From NCBI RefSeq assembly GCF_018977255.1, contig NW_024704742.1:41230001-41294000 (forward strand): a stretch of DNA of 64,000 nucleotides. Direction: 5' to 3'. Below, piece after piece: positions 1 through 13,200 of the stretch; position 1 is the stretch's first letter; each line of letters starts with the position of its first letter. The notes under the pieces are model-generated. The model ran no database searches. It was not told the origin of the DNA and was given only the letters and a program-made list of their open reading frames with translations. Position numbers and translations under genes: made by a program. Source of the DNA: Callorhinchus milii. Taxonomy: Eukaryota.

Positions 1-770
1 TCTCTTCATTTCTGGTTCCCAGTTGTCACACACTGCTTTGGGTTCCCGTATTAATAGTCTGAGGTAGAGAAGAAGGGCAGTGGGGAGGCTATGATTTCAT
101 CTCACTGTAGACCTTTACAGTCAGCAGGAGTCTTTCACCCTATCAGTTTGGAGTGGATTTAATTGAACTCTCTTTCTCTCCCTCCCTTAATTCCAGAAGT
201 GAAAGGGCAGTGGTCTGACTCAGAAGAAGCCTCATTGTTTCCTCCGCTCAAACTCTGTTTGAATTCTGAATCCAATTGAATTTGATGCACCTTTCTACAG
301 GAGGCAACTCACACTTTGCACTGTATTGAATTAGCAGTCCGTATGTGTGCCCATAGGAGGGGAGCAAGGATTCTCATCAGACGCCAAACACAAGTTTGAA
401 CTGAAGATCTGACTCAGAGCTTTTGAGCTTCCAGTGAGTGTTAAATTTCAGATTAAGTCCAGATGTAAATTTAAAATACTGTGATTTTAATTCTGAACAT
501 ATCGCAGGTGACAATATTTCAAACAGGACATTGGAAAGGCAACTGTAGGACAAAACAGATTAATGTGTTGACTCTGAACCAGAGCTGATGATCACCACAC
601 AACATTACTATCTTCAGTTTCCAGATCATTAGAAGGAAGAGAAGGAAAAAAGGAATTATAGAAAGTCAAAAATTAGAAATACAAACCCAAGATGGGAAGA
701 AAAAAGTAATGAAGGGATAGGTTCAAGCACAGAGAGGAGAAACAGTATACAGGAACTTGTCAGTGACAAA

Positions 771-1089
771 TAATAATAATAATCCTTGCATTTGATATAG
801 CGCTTTTCACGTCTTCTAGACGTCTCAAAGGGCTTCACAGAATATGTTGTAAAGTGAATTGACCGTATATTTGTGGGTGAAACGCGGCAGCCAATTGTGC
901 ACAGCAATGTCCCACAAACAGTCATGGATTGAAAATGACCAATTTATTATTGTTTTTTGGTTTTTGGAGGGATTATTATTAGGCGTGTGGAGTAAGGAAA
1001 CTTGCCCAAGGTTTCGCCCTGCCTGGAATTGAACTCAGGTCTCTCACTTGCAAAGCGAGTGCTCTAACCACTGAGGTACAGGACTCCAC
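771..1089 (-). mobile_element. Full-length tRNA-Ala-derived SINE (Deu-like core, L2-type 3' tail)
   Basis: Reverse complement of the family copies at 50503 and 56603: tRNA-like head with A/B boxes, core gggacattgctgtgcacaattggctgccgcg, (TTA)n tail. Confidence 0.9.
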
Positions 1090-1248
1090 AAAGTTCAAAT
1101 GTCACCATCAAGCATTTTGTTCTATTGTTCCTTCTCCCCATATTAATACCAGTATTGACATTTCCTAGTACATATATTAAATGGCACAATCAATTTGGAA
1201 TAAGCAAAATCAAACTTTAGGACACTCCTATTGTGTACTAATTACATC

Positions 1249-4200
1249 TTAAAGCTGAGCAGGAACCAGCTCAGTCTTGTTCCCAGTTGTGATAAGCTGA
1301 ATTAGACTTCCTGAGGCAGGTCTGGTTGATTTTTCAGTCCAGTTAAAGAAAGTTCTATAAAAGACAAAGAACCAGAATCATGACAGAATAATTTAATAAA
1401 TTATAAAAGCAGGTTGGAGAAGTATATTTCTTTAAATCAAATCAATGTTGGGTGTGGCTACCCCTCTGACAGCTAAACTATTTTATTCAGTAAGCAGCTG
1501 TGTGCGCTGAGATAGCTCCGAGGTTGAAGCCCAGGCAATGCTAAATGGGCCTAAATTAGCTGCATTTTCTTTGAGGTGAGTGAGGGAGCTCAATTCTGAC
1601 ATTCCATTGCCAAGCAAGTTACCTTAGAGCAATTCAGCTGACCCCACTTAACACCCCCCTCCCCCCAAAGAAGGATCATCACAAGTTGGTCACTTGATAT
1701 CCAATAAGCGCAGGCTTAAGTTCTAGCAAGGTGGATAAAACTCCCTAATGAGCAGCCGTATTATTACATGGTGGTTGTAATCTATAAAATCACAACAATG
1801 ATATGGTTGGTGAGAATGGGAACACTTATCAGCTCTTCTGCATTCACTGTATGAGTGCCCGGATAACCAACCTAGAAATGGCCAACTTGCAGGTTATCAG
1901 AAGTCGCCTGTTTCACTTTCTGTGCCTATGCAATGTGATGTTGGCAACAACTCAATAGCTCAGAAGTCGGATTTTTTTTAGCATGGGTATTAGCTGTCTG
2001 TTTAAAGCAAGCCAGTCAGCCATCTGCCTGCATTTTGGATTTTTTTAGTAAGTAAACCTCAGGATCCACATTCCAAAATACATTTTAAGAGAACCCATGA
2101 TATAACAAAATATAACATTTGTGTTGGACACCACAACCCTTCAATCTCCTGGGAAAGCTCTGCACAGACCACTCCTCCAATCCTCAAAGGCAACCAAGCA
2201 AACAGGATGCTGCAGCTTTATTTAATCGTTCGCCCTTTGCTCATCATTCTGACTGTGAAGTATTCATTTCTGTGAGACTCTCTGGCATGTGCAAACAAAT
2301 CACCAGGAGAGCAGATTGGTTTCTTGAAAAGGTTAGCTGTTCTGATAGCATTACGTGCAATATGCAGTACTAGTTAAATTAGACAAATAAGGATTTTAGC
2401 TGCAGCTGGGTACAGATGGAAACTACCAGAGAGTAACAAACAGATGAGAAATGACTCTAGATGATTGATTTATCTGGGTACTCACTCAGCAATAAATTCT
2501 AGTGGTGTCCAAGAGCTGAAATCTGCATTGGGCATCGATTTCCTGTTCATTGGTGTATCCAAGGTAACACTACAAAAGAAATGAAATTTAGCTGAACGAC
2601 CTTTGTCATATACGTGTTCCGTTGCTATGGGGAAACCCTGATGACACCAGATTATTCAGAAATTGGCAATTGAAAGGTAAACTCAGCCCTCAGTCTTAGT
2701 GGACTCATTTCCAATTAAAATTGGATCAGTCCCATTTTTTTCCATCTGAATTTCCAGTATACGTCATGATACTGCTTTCCATTGTCTCGTTTCATTTCAA
2801 TCACCTGAAAGAATAAGGCATGTTAATATCTCAAATTAGATTTTCCAACAAGAATAGAGAAAAAGAGAATAGGAAGTTCACTGCACAGGAGGAAGCCATT
2901 GAGCCCATCATGTCTGTGCTGTTGCTATCTCTCCCCACAATCCTTCTTGTTTTAATTCCATTCTTTTGTTTTTTTCCTGTACTCTTTAATATTATTTTTT
3001 CCCTGAGTATTTAACCAATTCACTTCTCAATGTTTTCAACGGTCAATGAGCTCCTGGATATAGTAAACTGAGAACACTAATGACCAAATTAGTAAGTAAA
3101 GCATCTGTGAAAGTGACAATATTTCCAAAAACAAATAAGTGAAATAGTTCTGTTTCATCAGAACTTGTAACATTTCCCCACAACAACCCTGCAAAGTACA
3201 TGCTCATAAAAGGCAAATATCCAGTGTGATAGCCGGGATGGCATTTCTGAAAGAATAAAAATGCTTCAAAATCATATTTGTAAAAGCCTTGCTTAGCAAA
3301 TGTTTCTCTGCCATGACTAAAATAAAATCTCAACAGGAGAACAAAATGAAAAAGTGAAGTTACTGATGACTGGCACTGAAGGTGGATATTTGGCATCCTA
3401 TTAAAATAAAGTCTCATAGAACTATATAATTGTAAGATGATGGCAGGCAGAATGACAGCACCATACAAAAGCCGGTTGCCTGTGGTCTCACTTAGTTCAG
3501 TCACTAACAAATGAATATGGCAAATGACAATCCATGGACAGATAAATAAAGTATTTGCCACATACTGTATTGAAACACAGATTTTTAAGGGGAGTGTAAT
3601 AGTGACTGATTGCACAAACCTCAAGACAAGGTCAATGTAAAATTTCAGTGTCTTTTTGTGGTGATAGCTAACTCTCACTAACTCATCATGCCATGTTTTA
3701 GCATTTAGAATGGTCTTACCCCTTACACCATCGATCACTGTTGAATATGGAGGCATACTAACAGCAGATTGTTTATATAACTGTATTCTGTGTTATCTTA
3801 AGTCTAATTACAAGCACTGATTATTTTCTAAAATAAATATTTTATTGTGAGAATGATCATGCTTTGCTGGGGACATCTCAAATAGTATGGGGTTTCCAGT
3901 TGGGTTACATGGAGAGTGATGAATACCTGAGAATAATTGCAAGTCAGTAATGTAATTGAGGGTGGGAGTGGGGGGGTTAAATAATGTTATAGTGCAATAG
4001 CTTTGTGAAGCAGCATTCCAGTTTATTATCTCTGTACATCATAGGCTTAAAACATGAAGTTTCTGGGAATTGCATAAAATAACTCAAGAGCTCTTCAAAA
4101 AAGACTTCCAGTTTGAGAAAGCACTGAAACATTCAGCTGCGAACATTTTTCCAAATGTTTTCCTTTTATTCGATATAAAAAAAACTAATAGCACATTATT

Positions 4201-7200
4201 ATTTTGCTTCCTTCATTTGCTGTCATCTAACACCAGATGCTGGTTGCCAGCTGTCTGCAATTTTCCCCGTGGATGTCACAGAGAGCTAATATTATCAAGT
4301 CTCGCTCCAGTCTAAGAACTGTAATTACTAGTACTTACGGCAGGATAGCGACAGCAGCAGTCCCGGGTGGCAATCCACTGTTCTCTCCAGCCAGACTCCG
4401 ACACAGCTGATGAATGGCTGCCTTGGCCATGCCATAGCCCACCATTCCTGTGAGAATAGAAGATGGTTTATAAACAAAACTGGACTTGCGCTGCAGTCGG
4501 ATGTAGTTCAATGTAAAAAGACAAGGCAAATGGTCATCCTCCTTTCCTTTAAAACAAATATTTCCTCACTGCAGCCCTACAGATTGTGTGTGCTCTTAGT
4601 TTCATCGTCATTGACAGTATCTTGACAAATAGTATTGACTTTCTGAACACTTTACACCACAAGTGTTAATATAATGTATAATAATACTAATAAGAGACAA
4701 TCTCAACTAAATTGTATTGCACCACATTTCCTTTCCTAAAGGAAATGGCCCCTGGAAATAGTCTTCAGGTGTGATTACTAATGAGTGAACGGAGACAATA
4801 AGTGCAATTGCAGTGGTTGGGGAAGAAGATAAAACAGCTTCACCCTGTTCTTACCTGAAGTCCAAACTGTTGTCACCCAATGTCCATATGCACTTTTCAG
4901 CAGGGGTCAATAAAAACTCATTGGGAACAGCACACTTACTTGGCTAAATCCTTCTCTTTATAATAGATTCTCAGACCAACTCCAGGTGTCCTTTCTGTTG
5001 CCCTGCCTAACATCAAATAACTCAGCATAGGCTAATGGATCTAACCAAGGCCAGTCTCATCTGAAGTGATCAATACCACTTACCCCTTGAGCTGTGAGGG
5101 GTTGTGTTACTTTTGCAAAACAACTTATTTGATTTTATAAAGTCCCCCTCCCCCCGCAACTCATATCATTCTAGCTAAAGGCATGCACTCAACCAACAGA
5201 AACATTGTGTGAGAGGAGTGACTGTGCATTTGTAGATGAATAACTTACTCACAGCAATGTCCCACACATAGCCATGAAGTGAATGCCTAGATTATATCAG
5301 GGATTTCGACCTCCCTCCAATCTCCTGGCCAAGTCTCCCACCTCTCTGGGGTACTTAGTCCATCCCCGTGAACCAGGGCCCGATACAGTTGCAGCAAGTC
5401 TTCCCTACTCTTATATTCTAACATTTTTGTAATAAATGCCAACATACCGTTAGCCTTCCTAATTGTTTACTGTACCTGCAAACTAACTTTTTGTGACTGG
5501 TGTACAAGGACGTCCAAGTCCCTCTGAATGCTAAACATTATCTAGTGTCTCCCCTTCTAAAAAATAATCTGCTCTACTGTTTTTGACACCTAGGTGGATG
5601 ACCTCACACTTCCCTACATTATACTTCATCTGCCACCTATTTGCCCACTCACCTAGCCTATCTATATCTTGTTGCATTTTTTTAATGTCATCCTCGGTGT
5701 TTATTCTCCCTCCTAGTTTAGTCATCCGCGAATTTAAGATATATTAAGTTTGATGTCCTCATCTAGATCGTTGATGTAGATTGTAAATAGTTGAGGCCCA
5801 AGCACTGATCCTTGTGGCACTCCACGAGTCACATCCCGCAATCTGAGAAGGACCCGTTTATCCCTACTCTTTGTTTTCTTCCCATTAGCCATTCTTCAAT
5901 CCATGCTAATATATTCCCCTTAATTCCATGGGCCCTAATCTTGTGCATCAACCTTTTATGCGGCACCTTATTGAATGCCTTTTGGAAATCTAAATGCAAT
6001 GCATCCACTGACTCCCCTCCTATCTAATCTACTTGATATGTCCTCAAAAAAATCTAAAAGATTTGTTTAGCATGACTTCCCTTTTGTAAAGCCATGTTGA
6101 CTCTGTCCAATCATATTGTGATCCTCTAAGTATCCCACTACGACGTCCTTAATTAAGGATTCTAGAATTTTCCCTACCACCGATGTCAGACTAACTGGTC
6201 TATAGTTCCCCATCTTTTCTCTCCCATCCTTCTTAAATAGTGGTGTGACGTTTGCGATCTTCCAATCAATGGAAACTGTTCCAGAATCCAAAGAATTTTG
6301 GAAGATCAGACACAAGGCCTCCACTATCTCGTGAGCTACCTCTTTTAAAACCCTAGGATGCAAACCATCAGGTCCAGGGGACTTGTCACTTTTTAATGCC
6401 AACAATTTCCCTAGCACCAATTCTTTGCTAATGTAAATTTCCCTAAGTTGCTCCCTATCTGTGACCAGGGCTCCCTCTGTCTCCTCGTCCTCCTCGACCT
6501 ATCGGCAGCATTCGATACGGTCGACCACGCTATCCTACTCCACCGCTTGTCCTCCCAACTCAACCTTCAAGGCACTGTCCTTGAATGGTTTAGGTCGTAC
6601 CTTTCTCACCGTCTTCACTTTGTCTCAACGAATGGCTTCTCCTCCACCCCCCGTACTGTCTCATGTGGTGTCCCTCAGGGCTCTGTCCTCGGTCCCCTCC
6701 TCTTCACCCTCTATATGCTCCCCCTCGGTGACATCATCCGCAGACATGGAGTTAACTTCCACATGTATGCGGATGACACCCAACTCTACCTTTCCTCCTC
6801 TACTCTCAACTCCACGACCACCGATGTCCTGACAGCCTGCCTGTCCGACATCGAGTCCTGGACGAGAGACAACTTTCTTCAGCTCAACGTGCGAAAAACC
6901 GAGGCCCTCCTGATTGGCTCACGTCAGTGCCTCCGCACCTCAGGCGCTGACACCATCAGCATCCAAGGCTGTACTCTCCACCTCTCAAAGCCAGTCAGGA
7001 ACCTCGGCGTTTTGTTCGACCCTGAGCTGTCCTTTCTCCCTCACATCCGCACTACAACTGGCACCGCCTTCCATCACCTCCGGAATATCGCCAGACTACG
7101 GCACTACCTCACCCCTCACGCTGCTGAAACCCTGGTCCACGCCTTTGTCACCTCAAGGCTGGACTATGGGAACTCTCTCCTCGCCGGCCTTCCCCGCACC

Positions 7201-10200
7201 TCCCTCCACAAGCTGCAGGTCATTCAGAACTCTGCAGCTCGTGTACTGTCCCGCACCAGGCTTCGGGACCACATCACTCCCACCCTCGCTCGCCTCCACT
7301 GGCTCCCCATCCCCCAGAGGATTGATTTCAAGATCCTCATCCTCACCTACAAGGCCATTCACGGCCTTGCTCCCTCCTACCTCTCCAACCTACTATCCCC
7401 CTACCTACCTGCCCGTACCCTCCGTTCCTCTGGCTCTGGTCTGCTCCACGTCCCCCGCCCCAACCGCCCCACCATCGGTGGTCGGGCCTTCAGCCTTTCA
7501 GCCCCCAGGCTCTGGAACTCCATCCCCCAGTGCCTTCGCCGCCTCCTCCCTTTCCTCCTTCAAGGCCGGTCTCAAAACCTTTCTCTTTGACCGTGCCTTC
7601 AGCTCCCTCTCGACTCTCTTCCCCCTCCTCGCTCCCTCCCTTCCCTCCCCTCACCCTGACCATTTCCCCCCTCCTCGCTCCCTCCCTTTCCTCACCCTGA
7701 CCATTTCCCCCTGCTCGGGTCATGACCCAACTGTGCAGCGCCTTGGGACGTCCTCCTGACGTGAAAGGCGCTTTATAAATGGAATCTTGTTGTTGTTGTT
7801 GTTGTATCATTAGCCCCTTGGTTCATCTCTATTTCTGGTAAACTTCTTGTGTCTTCTAACGTGAAGACAGAAGCAAAGTATTTATTTAGGGACTCTGCCA
7901 TATCCTTACCCCATTATAATTCCTCCTGTCTCTGCCTGTAATGGACCCACATTTACTTTTGCTAGCCTATTCCTCTTAATATATTTATAAAAACTCTTAC
8001 AATCTGTCTTAATGTTCCTTGCCCTCATAATCCATTTTCTCATTCTTAATGAGCTTTATGGTTTTCTTTTGTTGGTCCCTAAAATATTCCTAGTTCTCTG
8101 ATTTGCTACTGTTTTTGGCAGTTTTATAGGCCTTTTCTTTTAGTTTTGTACTTTCTCTAACTGCTCTAGTTAGCGACGGATGAACTGCTTTCCCTGTGGT
8201 ACTCTTATTCCTCAAGGGAATATGTGACCGCTGAGAATTTTGCACAACATCTTTAAATGTTTGCCACTGTTGGTCTATTGTCATATCCATTAATCTAATT
8301 CCCCAGTCTATTTTAGCTAATTCTTTCCTCATACCTGCAAAGTTAGCTTTATTTAAATTTAAGACCCTTGCTTCGAATTTGACTACATTGCTCTCTAACT
8401 TAATACTAAACTCTATCATGTTATGATTACTTTACCCTAGAGGAGCCTTAATATCTATATTACCGACTAGCCCTGTTTTGTTACACAAAACAAGGTCTAG
8501 GATGGTTCCTCAGCATACTGCTCCAGAAAGCTATCTCTCATACATTCTATAAACTCCTCCTCTACCCTACTTTTGCCGATTTGGTTTTCGCAATCTATGT
8601 GAAGATTGAAATTACCCACTATTACTGTATTACCTTTGCTACATGCGCCTCTAATTTCCTGATTTAATACCCTGTGCTATGCTGTGATCTCTGTTTGGGG
8701 TTCTATATAATACCCCCACTACTGTTTTCTGCCCCTTGTTATTTTGTAATTCTACTCATACCATCTCTATATCCTGGTTATCTAATTTGAAATCTTTCCT
8801 CTCTACTGTTTTTATTCCATCCTTTATTAACAAGACTATCCCCCGACCTTGTTTTCCACATTGTCTATCCTTCCTATAAGCTGAAAACCCCGGAATATTT
8901 AACTCCCACCCTAGCTCTCCCTGTAACCATGTCTCAATAATGGCTACTAGATCATACCTGTTTGTATCTATCTGTGCCTTTAATTCATCTATCTTATTCT
9001 GAATGCTTCGTGCATTCAGATATAGCAATTTTAATTTCTTACCATTTCCTCTACTCTCTGCTGTCCTATCTTCTTTACTGAGCTTCTTATCCCTCTTTGA
9101 CCTATTCTGTTTATCACTCTCACTATTCTGTTCTGCCATCTTTAGTTTTCTTAATTTTGCTGGCTTGCAATTATTTGTAATTGCATCCCCCCCACCCCTT
9201 TACTAGTTTAAAGCCTTATTTAGCTCCTTACGTATTCGGTTTGCTAGCACATTTGTCCCTGCCTGATTTAAGTGGAGCCCATCTTTTTGAAATAGACCAC
9301 TTTTCCCCCAATACTGGTGCCAGTAGCCCATAAAATGAAACCCCTGCGTTCCACACCACTCCCTCAGCCATGTATTTGACTCTCTAATTTGCTTATTCCT
9401 GTACCAATTTGCACATGTCCAAGGCAGCAATCCTGATATCGCTACCTTTGATGTTCATTTGTTTTAATTTAGTTCCCAGCTCTTGAACTCCCTCCTCAAA
9501 TCATCACAACTAACCCTACCTATGTCATTGGTACCTATGTGAAGTACCACCAATGGATCCTCGCCCTCATGTTTTAGATTCTCCTCCAGCCCCGCCGAGA
9601 CATCCTTCACCCCGGCCCCAGGAAGGCAACAGAGCCTTCGGGTCTCCTGGTTGCAGCTGCAGATAAGTGTATCTGTCCGCCTGATAGTCTCGTCCCCAAT
9701 TACGACAACTTTCTGTTTGTTTCCCTTAATATTGGAATCACGTTTTCCTTCCTCCACACAGGCTTCCTTGTCCACACAGGTTGCAAGGATCTCGTACCTG
9801 TTGGCCAAGGTTAAAGCCTGAGGCTTCACTACCACCCTCTCTGATGTTCCCCTAATCTCCTGGCTGTCAAACACCCTATCCTGTCCTTGACTGATACTAT
9901 TATCTATACATTCCCTGAGTCTCGGGGGAGTGACTGGCTCCAGGATGAAACTATCCAGGAAGCACTCACTGTCCCTGATGGTGCGCAATGTCTGCACCAT
10001 GGATTCCAGCTCGGACACTGAGCTGGAGCTGCCTCAGTTGCAGACGTTTGCTGCAGATGTGGTCGCCCGGGCTCAGACTGCCCTCTGTAGTTAGTGTTAG
10101 TTTACTGTTAGTTAGTAGTTAGTGTTAGCTGTCAGTTTACTGTTAGTTAATAGTTAGTGTTAGTTTACTGTTAGTTAGTAGTTAGTGTTAGTTTACTGTT

Positions 10201-13200
10201 AGTTAGTGTTAGTTTACTGTTAGTTAGTAGTTAGTGTTAGTTTACTGCTAGTTAGTAGTTAGTGTTAGCTGTTAGTTTATTCTTTCAGAATGTTTTGAGT
10301 GTGACGTCGCTCTGACGTCACTTTTTAATTTTCTCGCTGGTTTTTTATCTGAGCCTCTCCTCTCTGTGGCTTTTATCCCCACGGCTCGGTCTAGGCACTG
10401 CCCCTCACTCTCATGCCTCTGCTCCTGACTTCAAGTTAAAAATAAATGTGAAATGTACTTTTAGGCTTTACTTTTAACAAATGGATTGTCGACATAGAGG
10501 TCACATGAAGTCAGTAAATGGATTTCATTAAAATAGCCCAAACCCAATAATCACATAGCCATTAAACCAATAATCATGGTCATTGAATGCCATGAAAAAT
10601 AATTGATTAAAAAGCAGTAAATGCACAGACCAAGGTCAGTGAGTTAGGAAAGAGCCACAGATCATTACCCTCAGAGGTGCTCAGCCCTGGCTGATTAGAT
10701 CAAGGTTAAACCTTGCAGTTCTACCATATCTAAAATTTGCTGAATCAATTTTAACTGCCTCCAAGCAAAGACTGAATCAAAGTACACAAACATTACACCA
10801 GTCTAAATCTCCAAAACAACTTGTGCGTGTACCATGGTCCATTTAATATACCACCTTGTTTGTCATAAGGTATGTAATGTAATGAAACAAAACATTACTT
10901 CATTTTACAAAGTGCCTGATCTCACGAACATATCTCAAAAAGTACTTTGCACAATGAACTACTTTGCTGTGATATGTTAGAAAGCATGGAAGTTAAACTG
11001 TGCCAGTAAACACTCAGAAATAGGTAAGAGATGATTGATCAATTCATCTTTTGATAACGGAGGAATATTGGTCAGGACTTCAAAAGATCCCTCTGTTCTT
11101 CTTCAATACATCACTGTGGGATTTTTATATAGCCACATGAACAGGTAGACAAACGTTAGCTCTAACTTCTCATCTGAACAACTACAACTGCACGCCTAAC
11201 CATCCACCCTGTGCTACATTGAAATATCAGTGAAGACTATGAGCTCAAATTTTAGTCGGGTTAGAATCCACAGTCTTCTGACCCAAAGACAAGAGCTGAG
11301 CTGAATAAGGAAATTCAAAACTTCTTCAATTTCAAAGGACAAATTTTCCTTAATAACTCTCAAAATATATGCAAAATATATGCACTCTTTCTCAAAAATG
11401 AAAATGACTTTCCAAAATTACTGGTGATTATAATTTTGGACTGTCAATTGCTAAAAAGTGACCCTAGTGCTGAAAGTGCACAATTGAAGATGGGAGGGGG
11501 GTATTTCACTCTGGCTAGATCTACATTGTTGTCTTAATAATTCAGAGTGAGCAGAATTTGGCAAATTCTTCAATGTACAAAATGCATTTTATATATGCAA
11601 CAGATGAAGCTGTTTCTACTGTGATGTCAAGACAAAACCTTGTTAAAATACACTGGAAAATTAAAATCATGAAATCATATTTGTATGGGATAATATACTA
11701 CCATGGAATAAATGCATTGAGGTGGCTACTTTCAGGTGTGGGTTGTAACATCCAAACCACACAGTTGGTTGACAGTGATTTACTCTATGTTACTGATATG
11801 TTACTCTGCATTTCTACAGTTTCACTTACCTGGTGTGCCACTCAAGGCAGGACTGGCTCCGGCTAGTGTCAGCAAGCCTCCTTCTTTAAGATGCTTTGTA
11901 GCTAAGTGACTGGAAATAGTTGACGTCCACACGCTTTGCTTCAACATCAGGTCAGTATTTTTATAAAGGGCTTTGAGAAACAATAATATATAATAAGCTT
12001 TGCATTTGATGTAGCACCTTATCATATTGTCCAAAAGTGCTTCACAGAATTTACATAGAGTATTATTACTGTGTATTTTGTAACCAAATGTGGCAGACAA
12101 TTTATTCACAGCAATGACTCACACACAGCCATGGTGTGAATGATCAATTTTATCTGGGGGAATGTTGGCCAGGAAACCGGGAGAAATTCTCTTCTCTTAG
12201 TAGTAATGAGATCTTTAACATCCTTCTGAAGAGACAGACATGTCCTTAGTTTAACATTTCATCCGAAGGATGCCATCTCCGTCAATGCAGTGTGCTGCTA
12301 AAGCTGCATCATAATCTCAACCTAGATTATGTGTTCAAAATGTTCAAAGAGGTGAGTGTGCTACCAACTGAGCCAGACTGACACCAAAAAGTAGTATTAG
12401 ATTTAACATTGTTTAGTAAACATTCAATCCATAACAGCAATGAGGTACTGTCTGAGTTTTCTCTGGAGATCAATTATCATAACATAGTTTATGTATTCCT
12501 GTGTTTTACTGGGTAAAACAACCTATGTGTACAAGTGTTAAAGTATACAACACATAATTGAGGTTAATGGATTGACAGTAATATTAATAATAATCTCTGC
12601 ATTTGATATAGTGCCTTATCATGTCATTGAGAGGTTTCAAAGCACTTAACAGAATATACAGAAGAGTGAATTGACTGTATATGTTGTGGGCAAAATTTAT
12701 GCTGAGTTTATATCATGTAGTCCCCTACCTATGCGGGACTTCTGGATAAAATACACTACTCTTGTTCATGCCTTCATCACCTCCAGACTTGACTATGCAA
12801 ACGCCCTGCTTGTCAGCCTTCCCGACTCCTCACTCCACAAGCTGCAGATAATCCAGAACTCTGCATCCTGTGTCCTCTCCCGCACCAAACTGCATGACCC
12901 CATCTCCCCCACTCTTACCCAACTCCATTAGCTTCCTATCCTTCAGAGGATCCAGTTCAAGATCCTGGTCTTCACCTTCAAAGCCCTCCATGGACTCACC
13001 CCACCCTATCTCTGCGACCTCCTAACTCCCTACCAACCCTCCCGTTCCCTCCGCTCAGCCGGCTCTGGCCTGCTCCACATCCCCCAAACCACCCGCCTCA
13101 CCATTTACAGGAGAGCCTTCAGCCACTCTGCCCCCAACCTCTGGAGTTCTATCCCCCAATCACTCCACCTCGCCCCCTCCTTAGCCTCCTTCAAGTTCCA

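Larger units (their letters stand above)
5370..10400 (-). mobile_element. Degenerate CR1 LINE with 5' region, ORF1 (SGNH esterase-like) and ORF2 (endonuclease + RT); 3' end missing; interrupted by an L2
   Basis: ORF1 remnants 9203-10018 ([32 protein letters not shown]). Endonuclease 8756-9139 (YLNARSI, IIETWL). RT pieces 6067-6420 ([29 protein letters not shown]) and 5531-5725. Several frameshifts and stops. Confidence 0.9.
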
